The notes beneath the pieces were generated by a model. It was not told the origin of the DNA and searched no databases. It saw only the letters and a list, made by a program, of their open reading frames with translations. From Rhizobiaceae bacterium (lineage in GTDB: Bacteria > Pseudomonadota > Alphaproteobacteria > Rhizobiales > Rhizobiaceae): 43,315 nt of DNA. Below, piece after piece: positions 35,364 to 43,315 of the stretch. Within the stretch, counting starts at the first letter, position 1. Each line of letters starts with the position of its first letter. Made by a program: the position numbers and the translations under genes. The DNA lies in contig JBPCWJ010000192.1 of assembly GCA_051009635.1 (NCBI GenBank), forward strand, positions 1 through 43,315. Reading direction: 5' to 3'.

Positions 35364-35436
35364 AGTGCTGGATTAGACCCATTTCAGCCTTTTGTCAGCC
35401 GATAATTGACGATATTGTTCATCGCCACAAGAATTT

Positions 35437-35460
35437 GGGCCAGTCGGCGGGGACTGGCCC
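35437..35460. other. Perfect 9-bp GC-rich stem-loop (GGGCCAGTC-ggcggg-GACTGGCCC) in the betA/proX intergenic region
   Basis: Read directly from the sequence. There is no flanking U-tract on either strand, so it is not a canonical intrinsic terminator. It lies 74-97 nt upstream of the betA ATG. Confidence 0.4.
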
Positions 35461-35773
35461 ATTAGTAAAATCAGGTACTGAAATCACTAAAGTAATTGCG
35501 TGATGATAATGAAACACAAGATATAGATGTGATTCCGGGCACGGCGTTACGCCGATATCAACACGCCGGATTATTATTTAGCATTCGCAAATATATTCAT
35601 ATTGGCAAAATCTACGTAGTGAAGAACTCAATCCAGAGATCCGGAAAATATTGCTTGAATCGATTTGTTCAAACTGGGAAAACATACATCAAGGTCAATT
35701 AATGGCTGACAAAGCCTTTCACGGACCAAGATCAGAACCATCAATCCGGTTCAGTGTAAATTTGGAGGAACCC

Positions 35774-36727
35774 ATGAAAATATCCAAGATTTTTGCTGCG
35801 CTTGCAGTATCGAGCCTGGTCCTCGCCAGCGCCAATTCGCTTGCTGCTGAAGGTGAGGCGGAAAGTTGTTCGACCGTCAGGTTTTCCGATGTTGGCTGGA
35901 CCGACATCACAGCTACGACCGCTGTGACCACCTATCTCCTGAAGGCCCTGGGTTATGAGACGGATATCAAGGTTCTGTCGGTGCCGGTCACCTATGCTTC
36001 ACTGAAGAACAAGGACATTGATATATTTCTTGGCAACTGGATGCCGACCATGGAGGCCGACATCGCGCCATATCGTGATGACGGTTCGGTCGAGACGGTC
36101 GGAATGAATCTCGAAGGCGCCAAATATACGCTTGCCGTCAACAAGGTCGCAGCTGATATGGGAATCAAGGACTTTGGTGATATTGCAGCAAAGCGTGATG
36201 CGCTTGATGGAAAGATTTACGGGATCGAACCGGGTAATGATGGAAATCGCCTGATTCTCGACATGATCGAGAAAGATGCATTTGGGCTAAAGGGATTTGA
36301 GGTTGTTGAATCGTCCGAGCAAGGCATGCTTGCGCAAGTGGCCCGATCGGTAAAGGCAAATGAGCCGATCGTGTTTCTTGGCTGGGAACCTCATCCGATG
36401 AACGCGAATTTCGAGCTGACTTATCTGACCGGCGGAGATGATTTCTTTGGTCCCAATCTGGGAGGTGCCACCGTCTATACAAATGTGCGGGCCGGCTATG
36501 CCTCTGAATGTCCCAATGCCGGCAGGCTGATTTCAAACATGAAATTCACCCTGGCTATGGAAAATGCGATCATGGGGGCCATACTGAATGATGGCGAAGA
36601 CCCGGAAGATGCCGCTGAAGCCTGGCTCAAGGCCAATCCCGATGCTATCGGGCCATGGCTGGACGGTGTGACAACTGCTGATGGTGGCGATGCAATGGCG
36701 GCCGTCAAGTCCGCCCTTGGCATGTAG
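35774..36727 (+). CDS. proX: Glycine betaine/choline-type ABC transporter substrate-binding protein
   Basis: 317 aa from ATG 35774 (GGAGG 5 nt upstream). Signal peptide MKISKIFAALAVSSLVLASANSLAA. VRFSDVGWTDITATTA and GNWMP aromatic-box motifs are typical of ProX/OpuAC. The track ORF 35651.. is over-extended. Confidence 0.88.
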   Translation: MKISKIFAALAVSSLVLASANSLAAEGEAESCSTVRFSDVGWTDITATTAVTTYLLKALGYETDIKVLSVPVTYASLKNKDIDIFLGNWMPTMEADIAPYRDDGSVETVGMNLEGAKYTLAVNKVAADMGIKDFGDIAAKRDALDGKIYGIEPGNDGNRLILDMIEKDAFGLKGFEVVESSEQGMLAQVARSVKANEPIVFLGWEPHPMNANFELTYLTGGDDFFGPNLGGATVYTNVRAGYASECPNAGRLISNMKFTLAMENAIMGAILNDGEDPEDAAEAWLKANPDAIGPWLDGVTTADGGDAMAAVKSALGM

Positions 36728-36732
36728 TTACC

Positions 36733-37635
36733 TTGAAGATTGCGGTGGCGGATGCCGCCGCAATCACCAAGCTGACGGCATTCACCTTGGAATTTCTCAC
36801 CGAACACAAGATACCCATCGGCAAATGGGCAAAGAATGGCGTTGACTGGCTGATCGAAAATGGCGGCTGGTTTTTCGATCTTGTATCGGCCTGGCTAAAG
36901 GCGATGATTGACGGTTTGCTATGGTGTCTTGAAACTCCGCATCCGCTCGCAATTGTTGTCATTGCCGTAGCGGCTGGTTGGTATCTCAAGCGCAATCTCT
37001 GGTTTCCGGTTTTTGTTGCTGTATCGTTGTTGCTGATCATCAATCAGGGTTACTGGCCTGAGACGATGCAGACATTGTCTCTCGTAATCGCGGCATCCAT
37101 TGTGTGCATGGCGGTAGGTGTGCCGATTGGCGTAGCGGCGGCACACAGGCCGAAACTGTCTGCCTTTATTCGTCCGGTCCTTGACTTGATGCAGACCATT
37201 CCGACCTTTGTCTATCTGATTCCGGCATTGATCCTGTTTGGTCTCGGCATGGTGCCGGGATTGATCGCCACGGTAATTTTTGCAATTCCGGCACCCGTTC
37301 GTCTGACCGAACTGGGGGTCAAATCGACGCCCCGCCCGCTGATTGAAGCCGGTGAGGCCTTTGGTGCAACAAAAACTCAATTGCTCTGGAAGATCGAATT
37401 GCCCTGGGCCTTGCCAAATATCATGGCCGGCCTGACCCAAACCATCATGCTGTCTTTATCCATGGTGGTTATTGCTGCACTAGTTGGTGCACCCGGTTTG
37501 GGTGTGCCTGTCGTCAGGGCGCTGAATACGGTGAATATCGGCAAGGGTTTTGAAGCAGGATTGATGATTGTGCTTGTTGCGATCCTGCTTGATCGGTTCC
37601 TGCGCAATGAAAGTAGTTGGGATCGCGGCTCATGA
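36733..37635 (+). CDS. proW: Glycine betaine/proline ABC transporter permease
   Basis: 300 aa. EAA-type permease loop (LIEAGEAFGATKTQLLWKIELPWALPNIMAG) and multiple TM helices. TTG start at 36733 (a GTG at 36745 is an alternative). Confidence 0.88.
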   Translation: MKIAVADAAAITKLTAFTLEFLTEHKIPIGKWAKNGVDWLIENGGWFFDLVSAWLKAMIDGLLWCLETPHPLAIVVIAVAAGWYLKRNLWFPVFVAVSLLLIINQGYWPETMQTLSLVIAASIVCMAVGVPIGVAAAHRPKLSAFIRPVLDLMQTIPTFVYLIPALILFGLGMVPGLIATVIFAIPAPVRLTELGVKSTPRPLIEAGEAFGATKTQLLWKIELPWALPNIMAGLTQTIMLSLSMVVIAALVGAPGLGVPVVRALNTVNIGKGFEAGLMIVLVAILLDRFLRNESSWDRGS

Positions 37636-38681
37636 GCATTGCGCAGAACCAGGAAGCGATCGTCAAATTTGACAATGTCGATATCGTTTTCGGTACGAAA
37701 CCGGAATTGGCATTGCCCCTAATTGATGCGGGAAAAAGCCGCGAAGAAATCCAGAAGGAAACAGGTCAGATACTAGGCGTTGCCGGTGCAAGTCTTGAAG
37801 TGCAGGAAGGGGAAACGCTTGTATTGATGGGGCTGTCAGGTTCCGGCAAGTCAACATTGCTGCGCGGCGTCAACGGGTTGAACAAGGTGATACGGGGTTC
37901 AATTGAAGTCCGCACGGATAAGGGTTGGGTGAATCCGGCAACAGCGGATACTGACGTGCTTAGGGACATGCGGCTCTCCACCGTCTCCATGGTATTCCAG
38001 CAATTTGCACTTTTGCCGTGGCGCAGCGTTGCAGACAATATCGGCCTTGGTCTCGAACTGGCCGGGGTTGAAAAATCAAAGCTGCAAAGCCGTGTTGGTG
38101 AACAGTTGAAACTTGTCGGCCTTGAAGGCTGGGGAGAGAAGAAGGTCCAGGAATTGTCGGGGGGTATGCAGCAAAGGGTTGGCCTTGCGCGCGCATTCGC
38201 GACGGAGGCCCCAATCCTGCTGATGGATGAACCCTATTCAGCCCTTGATCCGTTGATCAGGGCCAGATTGCAGGATGAGTTGATCGATCTTCAGAAGAGA
38301 TTGCGGCGAACCATTATCTTTGTCAGCCATGATCTTGATGAGGCGATCAAGATCGGGTCGAGAATTGCCATCATGGAAGGTGGCAGAATTATCCAGTGCG
38401 GCACGGCTGCCGACATATTGAACAATCCCGCAAATGACTATGTAGCGGATTTCGTGGCCCACATGAATCCGCTCGCTGTGTGTACTGCCGGTGATGCCAT
38501 GCAAAAAGCCGCTCGCAAGAAAACAGGTGAAAAGGACGCGCCGGAAGTGGCAATTGATACGCCGCTCAAGTCAGTTATTGAAAGGCAGCTCGAATCCGGC
38601 ATGCCGGTCTATGTCAGCGCAGGTGGAAAAATTATCGGTCGAATTGATGCTGGCGCGGTGTATGCGACTTTGCTCCGATAG
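37632..38681 (+). CDS. proV: Glycine betaine/proline ABC transporter ATP-binding protein
   Basis: 349 aa from ATG 37632, overlapping the proW stop (ATGA). Walker A GLSGSGKST, signature LSGGMQQRV, Walker B ILLMDEP, and a C-terminal regulatory extension. Confidence 0.92.
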   Translation: MSIAQNQEAIVKFDNVDIVFGTKPELALPLIDAGKSREEIQKETGQILGVAGASLEVQEGETLVLMGLSGSGKSTLLRGVNGLNKVIRGSIEVRTDKGWVNPATADTDVLRDMRLSTVSMVFQQFALLPWRSVADNIGLGLELAGVEKSKLQSRVGEQLKLVGLEGWGEKKVQELSGGMQQRVGLARAFATEAPILLMDEPYSALDPLIRARLQDELIDLQKRLRRTIIFVSHDLDEAIKIGSRIAIMEGGRIIQCGTAADILNNPANDYVADFVAHMNPLAVCTAGDAMQKAARKKTGEKDAPEVAIDTPLKSVIERQLESGMPVYVSAGGKIIGRIDAGAVYATLLR

Positions 38682-38806
38682 AACACTCTAAAGCTGGACA
38701 GTTTCCAGCACATTTATTCCTTGTATACTTGCAAATTCGCTTCTACTGTTTTGTTCAAATTTATAGAATGCTGACCCCAACTAATTGATCTGAATAGCCG
38801 GGCAAA

Positions 38807-40057
38807 ATGAAATATTCTGCACTTCAAATCCTGACACAGGGGCTTGCAGGCAATAAGGGCTGGAAACCGGCCTGGCGTGAGCCAGACCCAAAAGCGGAAT
38901 ATGACATTGTAATTGTTGGCGGCGGCGGACATGGCCTTGCAACCGCATATTATCTTGCAAGCAAATTTGGGCAGGCAAGAATTGCAGTCGTCGAAAAGGG
39001 TTGGCTTGGATCCGGCAATATCGGCAGAAACACGACCATTGTCCGCTCCAACTATCTTTTACCGGGCAATTTGCCGTTCTACGAGTTTTCATTGAAATTA
39101 TGGGAAGGGCTGGAGCAGGAACTCAACTATAATGTGATGATGTCCCAGCGGGGGGTGCTCAATCTGTACCATTCCGATTCCCAGCGTGATGTGTTTGCAA
39201 GGCGTGGTAACGCCATGCGGCTTGAAGGTGTGGATGCAGAATTGCTTGATGCCGACGGGGTACAGAAACTTTATCCCAATCTGAATTTCGACAATGCTCG
39301 ATTCCCGATCATGGGTGGCTTGTTGCAGCGGCGAGGCGGTACGGCCCGGCATGATGCCGTGGCCTGGGGTTATGCACGTGCTGCTGATTTGCAAGGAGTG
39401 GACATTATCCAGAATTGCGAAGTAACCGGATTTCTAGTTGAGTCCGGCAAGGTTGCTGGCGTTGAAACTTCGAAAGGATTGATCAGGTCGAAGAAAATAG
39501 GTGTAGCGGTTGCAGGATCGACGACAAGGGTAATGGAAAAGGCCGGATTACGTTTACCGATTGAAAGCCAGGTTCTTCAGGCTTTCGTTACCGAGGGACT
39601 GAAGCCGGTATTACCTGGTGTCGTAACCTATGGCGCGGGACATTTTTATATAAGCCAGTCCGACAAGGGTGGTCTCGTATTTGGCGGGGATCTGGATGGA
39701 TATAATTCTTATGCCCAGCGAGGAAATCTTCCAACTGTTGAACATGTTTGCGAGGCAGGTATTTCCATGCTTCCCCTGATCGGCCGGGCAAGAATGCTGC
39801 GGTCATGGGGTGGGATAATGGATATGTCGATGGATGGTTCGCCAATCATCGACAAGACGCCAATCGAAGGGCTCTATCTGAATTGTGGCTGGTGTTATGG
39901 AGGCTTCAAGGCAACACCGGCATCAGGATATTGCTTTGCCCATCTTATTGCACGTGATCAACCGCATGAGGCGGCAATTGCCTACCGAATGGATCGCTTT
40001 GTAAAAGGCTATCCGATTGATGAATCCGGCCATGGAGCCCAACCGAATTTGCATTAG
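38807..40057 (+). CDS. soxB: Heterotetrameric sarcosine oxidase beta subunit
   Basis: 416 aa. YDIVIVGGGGHGLATAYYLA FAD fold and GRNTTIVRSNY. Followed by soxD and soxA in canonical order. Confidence 0.93.
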   Translation: MKYSALQILTQGLAGNKGWKPAWREPDPKAEYDIVIVGGGGHGLATAYYLASKFGQARIAVVEKGWLGSGNIGRNTTIVRSNYLLPGNLPFYEFSLKLWEGLEQELNYNVMMSQRGVLNLYHSDSQRDVFARRGNAMRLEGVDAELLDADGVQKLYPNLNFDNARFPIMGGLLQRRGGTARHDAVAWGYARAADLQGVDIIQNCEVTGFLVESGKVAGVETSKGLIRSKKIGVAVAGSTTRVMEKAGLRLPIESQVLQAFVTEGLKPVLPGVVTYGAGHFYISQSDKGGLVFGGDLDGYNSYAQRGNLPTVEHVCEAGISMLPLIGRARMLRSWGGIMDMSMDGSPIIDKTPIEGLYLNCGWCYGGFKATPASGYCFAHLIARDQPHEAAIAYRMDRFVKGYPIDESGHGAQPNLH

Positions 40058-40083
40058 CAATTACGTGAAACAGGATTTCAAGT

Positions 40084-40398
40084 ATGCGTATACCTTGTCC
40101 TTATTGCGGTGACCGTGACCAGGGAGAGTTTACTTATCTCGGTGACGCTATGGTCAAGCGTCCTGATCCTGAACCGCCGCAATCATCGATGTTGTTTCAT
40201 GATTACGTATATCTGCGGGATAATCCCGCCGGTTGGCACAAGGAATATTGGTATCACGAGCAGGGTTGCCGATGCTGGTTGATCGTGGAAAGAAACACGC
40301 TCACCCATGAAATTCGATCCGCAGAATTTGCACGTAACATCGAGCACTCTGATATGCCGGTTGGAGCTGCTGAATCCAAATCGGAGGCGGAGGGATGA
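40084..40398 (+). CDS. soxD: Sarcosine oxidase delta subunit
   Basis: 104 aa. MRIPCPYCGDRDQGEFTY...CRCW zinc-ribbon-like Cys pattern is typical of SoxD. The stop overlaps the soxA ATG (ATGA at 40395-40398). Confidence 0.9.
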   Translation: MRIPCPYCGDRDQGEFTYLGDAMVKRPDPEPPQSSMLFHDYVYLRDNPAGWHKEYWYHEQGCRCWLIVERNTLTHEIRSAEFARNIEHSDMPVGAAESKSEAEG

Positions 40399-43315
40399 AA
40401 CAAGCCAATCGCCTTGCAAGCGGCGGATTGATAGATCGAAGAAAGCGGTTGTCGTTTTCCTTTGATGGCCGGAAGATGGAAGGATATGCAGGAGATACGC
40501 TGGCATCGGCGATGATTGCCAATGGGGTGAATTTAGCCGGCAGATCCTTCAAGTATCATCGGCCGCGCGGAATATTGACCGCCGGGAGCGAAGAACCAAA
40601 TGCGTTGGTGACGCTGGGTTCGGAGGCGAATGCTGATCCCAATCTGAAAGCACCGGCTGTCGAATTGTTCGACGGATTGGAAGCACACAGCCAAAACCGG
40701 TTTCCATCACTGCGGTTTGATCTAATGGCGATGAATGACTGGTTGTCCCCGTTTCTGGGAGCAGGGTTCTACTACAAGACCTTTATGTGGCCTGCATCAT
40801 TCTGGGAAAAGATTTACGAACCGATTATTCGCCGGGCTGCCGGTCTTGGCGGGCTTTCGGGTGAGGATGATCCTGATCAGTATGATCGGGCGTGGGCCTA
40901 TTGCGACCTTCTGGTTATTGGCTCAGGCCCTGCCGGTCTGCAGGCTGCCTTGACTGCCGGGAGAAGCGGTGCACGGGTCATCATTTGCGAAGAGGATTTC
41001 ATATTTGGTGGGCGCCTCAGTAGCGAAAGAATGGAAATCGCCAGGATTGATGCCGTTGCGTGGGCCGAAAAGGCAATTGCCGAACTTGAAAATATGGTCA
41101 ATGTCCGCCTGATGCCGCGCACTACAGTGTTTGGAAGTTACGATGGCGGAACCTATGGGGCGATCGAACTGAAGGAAAGATTTAGCCGAAAGCCCGCAAC
41201 CGATTCGCCGCGCCAGTGTTACTGGAAGATCATTGCCAAGCGATCGGTGCTGGCCGCTGGTGCCATGGAACGCCAGATTGCCTTTGGGGATAATGACAGG
41301 CCGGGGATCATGCAGGCTTCGGCAGTCAGAACCTATGTGAACCGATTTGCTGCTTCACCGGGATCTTCTACGGTGATCTTCACCAATAATGATGATGGCT
41401 GGAAGACTGCCAGGGACTTGTTCACCGCAGGATGCGATGTTGAGGCAATCGTGGATATCAGGCCTTCCGAAGACATTGGGGAGGTGCTTCACCAAACGGG
41501 AGACATCCCTCACTTTACCCGTTCAAAAGTTGTTGGAACCACGGGCAGGCTTGGTTTGTCATCCGTTGACGTGATTAATGCAAATGGCCGCACAATCAGT
41601 CTGCCGACGGATTGTCTGGCGGTCTCTGGCGGCTGGAACCCCACCGTCCATCTGACCTGCCACCAAGGTGGACGTCCTGTCTGGAATGATCGGCTGGCTG
41701 CTTTCGTTCCTGGTGCTGACACACCTCAAGGCATGTATGTGGCCGGTGCTGCTAATGGCGCCTTTTCAACCCATGGCGCGCTTGCCCAAGGGCTGGAAGC
41801 TGCGAACAGGGCTCTTGAGGATCTGGGTTTCAAAACTCAAAAACCTGCCATTCCTGACGCCGAAGATGGCCCCTATGCGATAACACCGATATGGCATGTC
41901 AGGGAATCAAAGGGCCGTGCCTGGCTTGACCAGCAAAATGATGTGACAGTGAAGGATGTGCAGATTGCACGTCGTGAGGGATTCAAATCGGTAGAACATC
42001 TGAAGCGATACACGACGCTTGGAATGGCAACGGACCAGGGCAAGACTGCAAATGTAACGGCACTTGCAATCATGGCGGAACTCTTCGGTCAGACAATACC
42101 CCAGACCGGAACCACCATTTTCAGGCCGCCCTATGTTCCTGTTGCGATATCTGCGTTTGCCGGTCGATCTCGTGGCAAGGATTTCCAGCCCGTTCGCCTG
42201 ACGCCATCGCATGATTGGGCCAAGGAACAAAATGCGAGTTTCACCGAAGCCGGATTGTGGTTGCGCGCGCAATGGTTTCCACGTCATGGAGAAACGCACT
42301 GGCGGCAGAGTTGTGACCGAGAAGCATTGGCGGTTCGTAAATCTGTGGGTGTTTGCGATGTGTCGACGCTTGGAAAGATTGATGTAAAGGGCAAGGATGC
42401 CGGCCGGTTTCTGGATCACCTCTACTGCAACATGATATCCACGTTAGGTGTCGGCAAGGTCCGTTATGGCCTGATGCTTCGAGAAGACGGCTTTGCATTG
42501 GATGATGGAACCGTGGCGCGGCTGGATGAGGACCACTATGTGGTCACGACAACCACCGGTCATGCCGGGCAGGTCATGCGGCATGCAGATTTCTGTTCCC
42601 AGGCGCTGTGGCCGAACCTCGATGTTCATCTGGTTTCGGTGACCGATCAATTTGCCCAGTTTGCCATTGCGGGACCAAATTCACGCGCGATTCTGGAGAA
42701 ATTGCTGGATGATCCCGAGACAATTTCGACAGAGAAGTTCCCATTCATGGCTTGTGGCAAATTCACCATTTGTGGAGGTGTTCCGGCAAGGCTGTTCAGA
42801 ATTTCCTTTTCCGGTGAACTTGCCTATGAGCTTGCCGTGGATGCGTCCTTTGGAGATGCGCTCATTCGGACATTGATGCTTGCTGGTGCCGATCATGATA
42901 TTTCGCCTTATGGCCTTGAAGCGCTCAACGTACTGCGCATCGAAAAGGGGTATCCAACATCAGGCGAGTTGAATGGTCGGACCACGGCCGGCGATCTTGG
43001 TCTTGGCCGGATGGTTTCAAAAAAGAAGGATTGCATCGGCAAGGTGATGTCACAACGTGAAGGGCTGGTTTGTCCTGACAGGATGGTATTTGCCGGTTTC
43101 AAACCGGTTGATATCGATGAAGACCTATCAGCCGGTGCTCATTTCATAGGGATCAATCAGAACGCTGAAACAAGGAATGATGAAGGCTGGCTGAGTTCAA
43201 CCTGTTTTTCACCGTCTTTGGGACATTCAATCGGTTTGGGCTTCATCAAGCATGGGGATGAACGCCATGGTGAAAAAGTGAGAGCAGTTGATCTTTTGCG
43301 TGGAACCGACATTGA
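40395..43315 (+). CDS. soxA: Sarcosine oxidase alpha subunit, 3'-truncated by the window end (first ~973 codons)
   Basis: Not in the supplied ORF track because there is no stop codon before the window end. My translation from ATG 40395 gives MKQANRLASGGLIDRRKRLSFSFDGRKMEGYAGDTLASAMIANGVNLAGRSFKYHRPRGILTAGSEEPNALV..., then DLLVIGSGPAGLQAAL. The later part (42.3-43.3 kb) should be the aminomethyltransferase-like domain. No competing plus-strand ORF occupies this frame. Confidence 0.92.
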   Translation, partial: MKQANRLASGGLIDRRKRLSFSFDGRKMEGYAGDTLASAMIANGVNLAGRSFKYHRPRGILTAGSEEPNALVTLGSEANADPNLKAPAVELFDGLEAHSQNRFPSLRFDLMAMNDWLSPFLGAGFYYKTFMWPASFWEKIYEPIIRRAAGLGGLSGEDDPDQYDRAWAYCDLLVIGSGPAGLQAALTAGRSGARVIICEEDFIFGGRLSSERMEIARIDAVAWAEKAIAELENMVNVRLMPRTTVFGSYDGGTYGAIELKERFSRKPATDSPRQCYWKIIAKRSVLAAGAMERQIAFGDNDRPGIMQASAVRTYVNRFAASPGSSTVIFTNNDDGWKTARDLFTAGCDVEAIVDIRPSEDIGEVLHQTGDIPHFTRSKVVGTTGRLGLSSVDVINANGRTISLPTDCLAVSGGWNPTVHLTCHQGGRPVWNDRLAAFVPGADTPQGMYVAGAANGAFSTHGALAQGLEAANRALEDLGFKTQKPAIPDAEDGPYAITPIWHVRESKGRAWLDQQNDVTVKDVQIARREGFKSVEHLKRYTTLGMATDQGKTANVTALAIMAELFGQTIPQTGTTIFRPPYVPVAISAFAGRSRGKDFQPVRLTPSHDWAKEQNASFTEAGLWLRAQWFPRHGETHWRQSCDREALAVRKSVGVCDVSTLGKIDVKGKDAGRFLDHLYCNMISTLGVGKVRYGLMLREDGFALDDGTVARLDEDHYVVTTTTGHAGQVMRHADFCSQALWPNLDVHLVSVTDQFAQFAIAGPNSRAILEKLLDDPETISTEKFPFMACGKFTICGGVPARLFRISFSGELAYELAVDASFGDALIRTLMLAGADHDISPYGLEALNVLRIEKGYPTSGELNGRTTAGDLGLGRMVSKKKDCIGKVMSQREGLVCPDRMVFAGFKPVDIDEDLSAGAHFIGINQNAETRNDEGWLSSTCFSPSLGHSIGLGFIKHGDERHGEKVRAVDLLRGTDI

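Noticed and set aside
35496-35702. 68-aa plus-strand ORF in the betA/proX intergenic region.
   Set aside because: It has a non-ATG start, AT-rich low-complexity translation, no SD and no homology pattern. It lies in a probable promoter region.
38693-38709. Short hairpin GCTGGA-cagtt-TCCAGC after proV, considered as an intrinsic terminator separating proXWV from soxB.
   Set aside because: It has only a 6-bp stem and no downstream T-tract. That is insufficient to call a terminator, and read-through into soxB cannot be excluded.
1-43315. Search for CRISPR arrays, tRNA/rRNA genes, IS elements, integrases, toxin-antitoxin pairs, known defence systems and riboswitch-like leaders.
   Set aside because: Coding density is high, and every gap over 100 nt was read by eye (460-568, 872-1081, 8567-8700, 10611-10726, 11057-11238, 16907-17076, 24644-24760, 27339-27492, 30125-30368, 32691-32909, 35364-35773, 38682-38806). 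None shows direct-repeat arrays, cloverleaf-compatible structure or transposase/recombinase coding potential. No small adjacent ORF pairs typical of TA or defence modules were seen. A covariance-model scan (Infernal/Rfam, tRNAscan) would be needed to exclude small RNAs formally.

Overview
This 43.3-kb segment looks chromosomal. GC is roughly 50% by eye, and gene content resembles a facultatively anaerobic, probably marine, alphaproteobacterium; the taxon is inferred, not proven. I support about 37 protein genes plus one probable gene remnant. I found no rRNA, tRNA, CRISPR array, transposase, integrase or phage genes. Main blocks, in order:

- **1-3.9 kb:** a small membrane protein, a secreted Gly/Tyr/Arg-rich mini-protein, a class III nucleotidyl cyclase-TPR protein and a cyclase-family hydrolase.
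- **4.0-8.6 kb, minus strand:** a complete periplasmic nitrate reductase operon, napEFDABC, translationally coupled by ATGA overlaps. A perfect FNR-type box, TTGAC-N4-GTCAA, lies upstream.
- **8.7-12.1 kb:** miscellaneous genes (CMD family, a frame-disrupted remnant, a BNR/Asp-box protein, EthD, an NHL propeller).
- **12.2-16.9 kb, minus strand:** a three-gene, ATGA-coupled operon of a GltD-like flavoprotein/ferredoxin fusion, korA and korB. This predicts a pyridine-nucleotide-linked 2-oxoacid oxidoreductase.
- **17.1-24.0 kb:** an MscK-like channel, an acyl-CoA synthetase, and a Fem/CelD-like GNAT coupled to a MOP flippase.
- **24.1-29.4 kb:** DUF924, TusA, a COG0523 GTPase directly behind a serine DD-carboxypeptidase, an M20 amidohydrolase and MarC.
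- **29.4-33.7 kb:** a signalling island. It holds a cysteine-less Crp/Fnr regulator divergent from a membrane GGDEF-EAL protein, then an AT-rich spacer with four copies of TGGTTAA, then an orphan LuxI/FeeM-like N-acyltransferase.
- **33.7-43.3 kb:** a choline/glycine-betaine block of betA, proXWV and soxBDA. soxA runs off the window and is missing from the supplied ORF track.

I see no canonical defence or mobile system. The most unusual loci are the orphan autoinducer-synthase-like gene with its repeat-laden promoter, the Gly/Tyr-rich secreted protein, the three-subunit kor operon and the GNAT-flippase pair. All family calls come from motif and pattern recognition only; no database search was possible.
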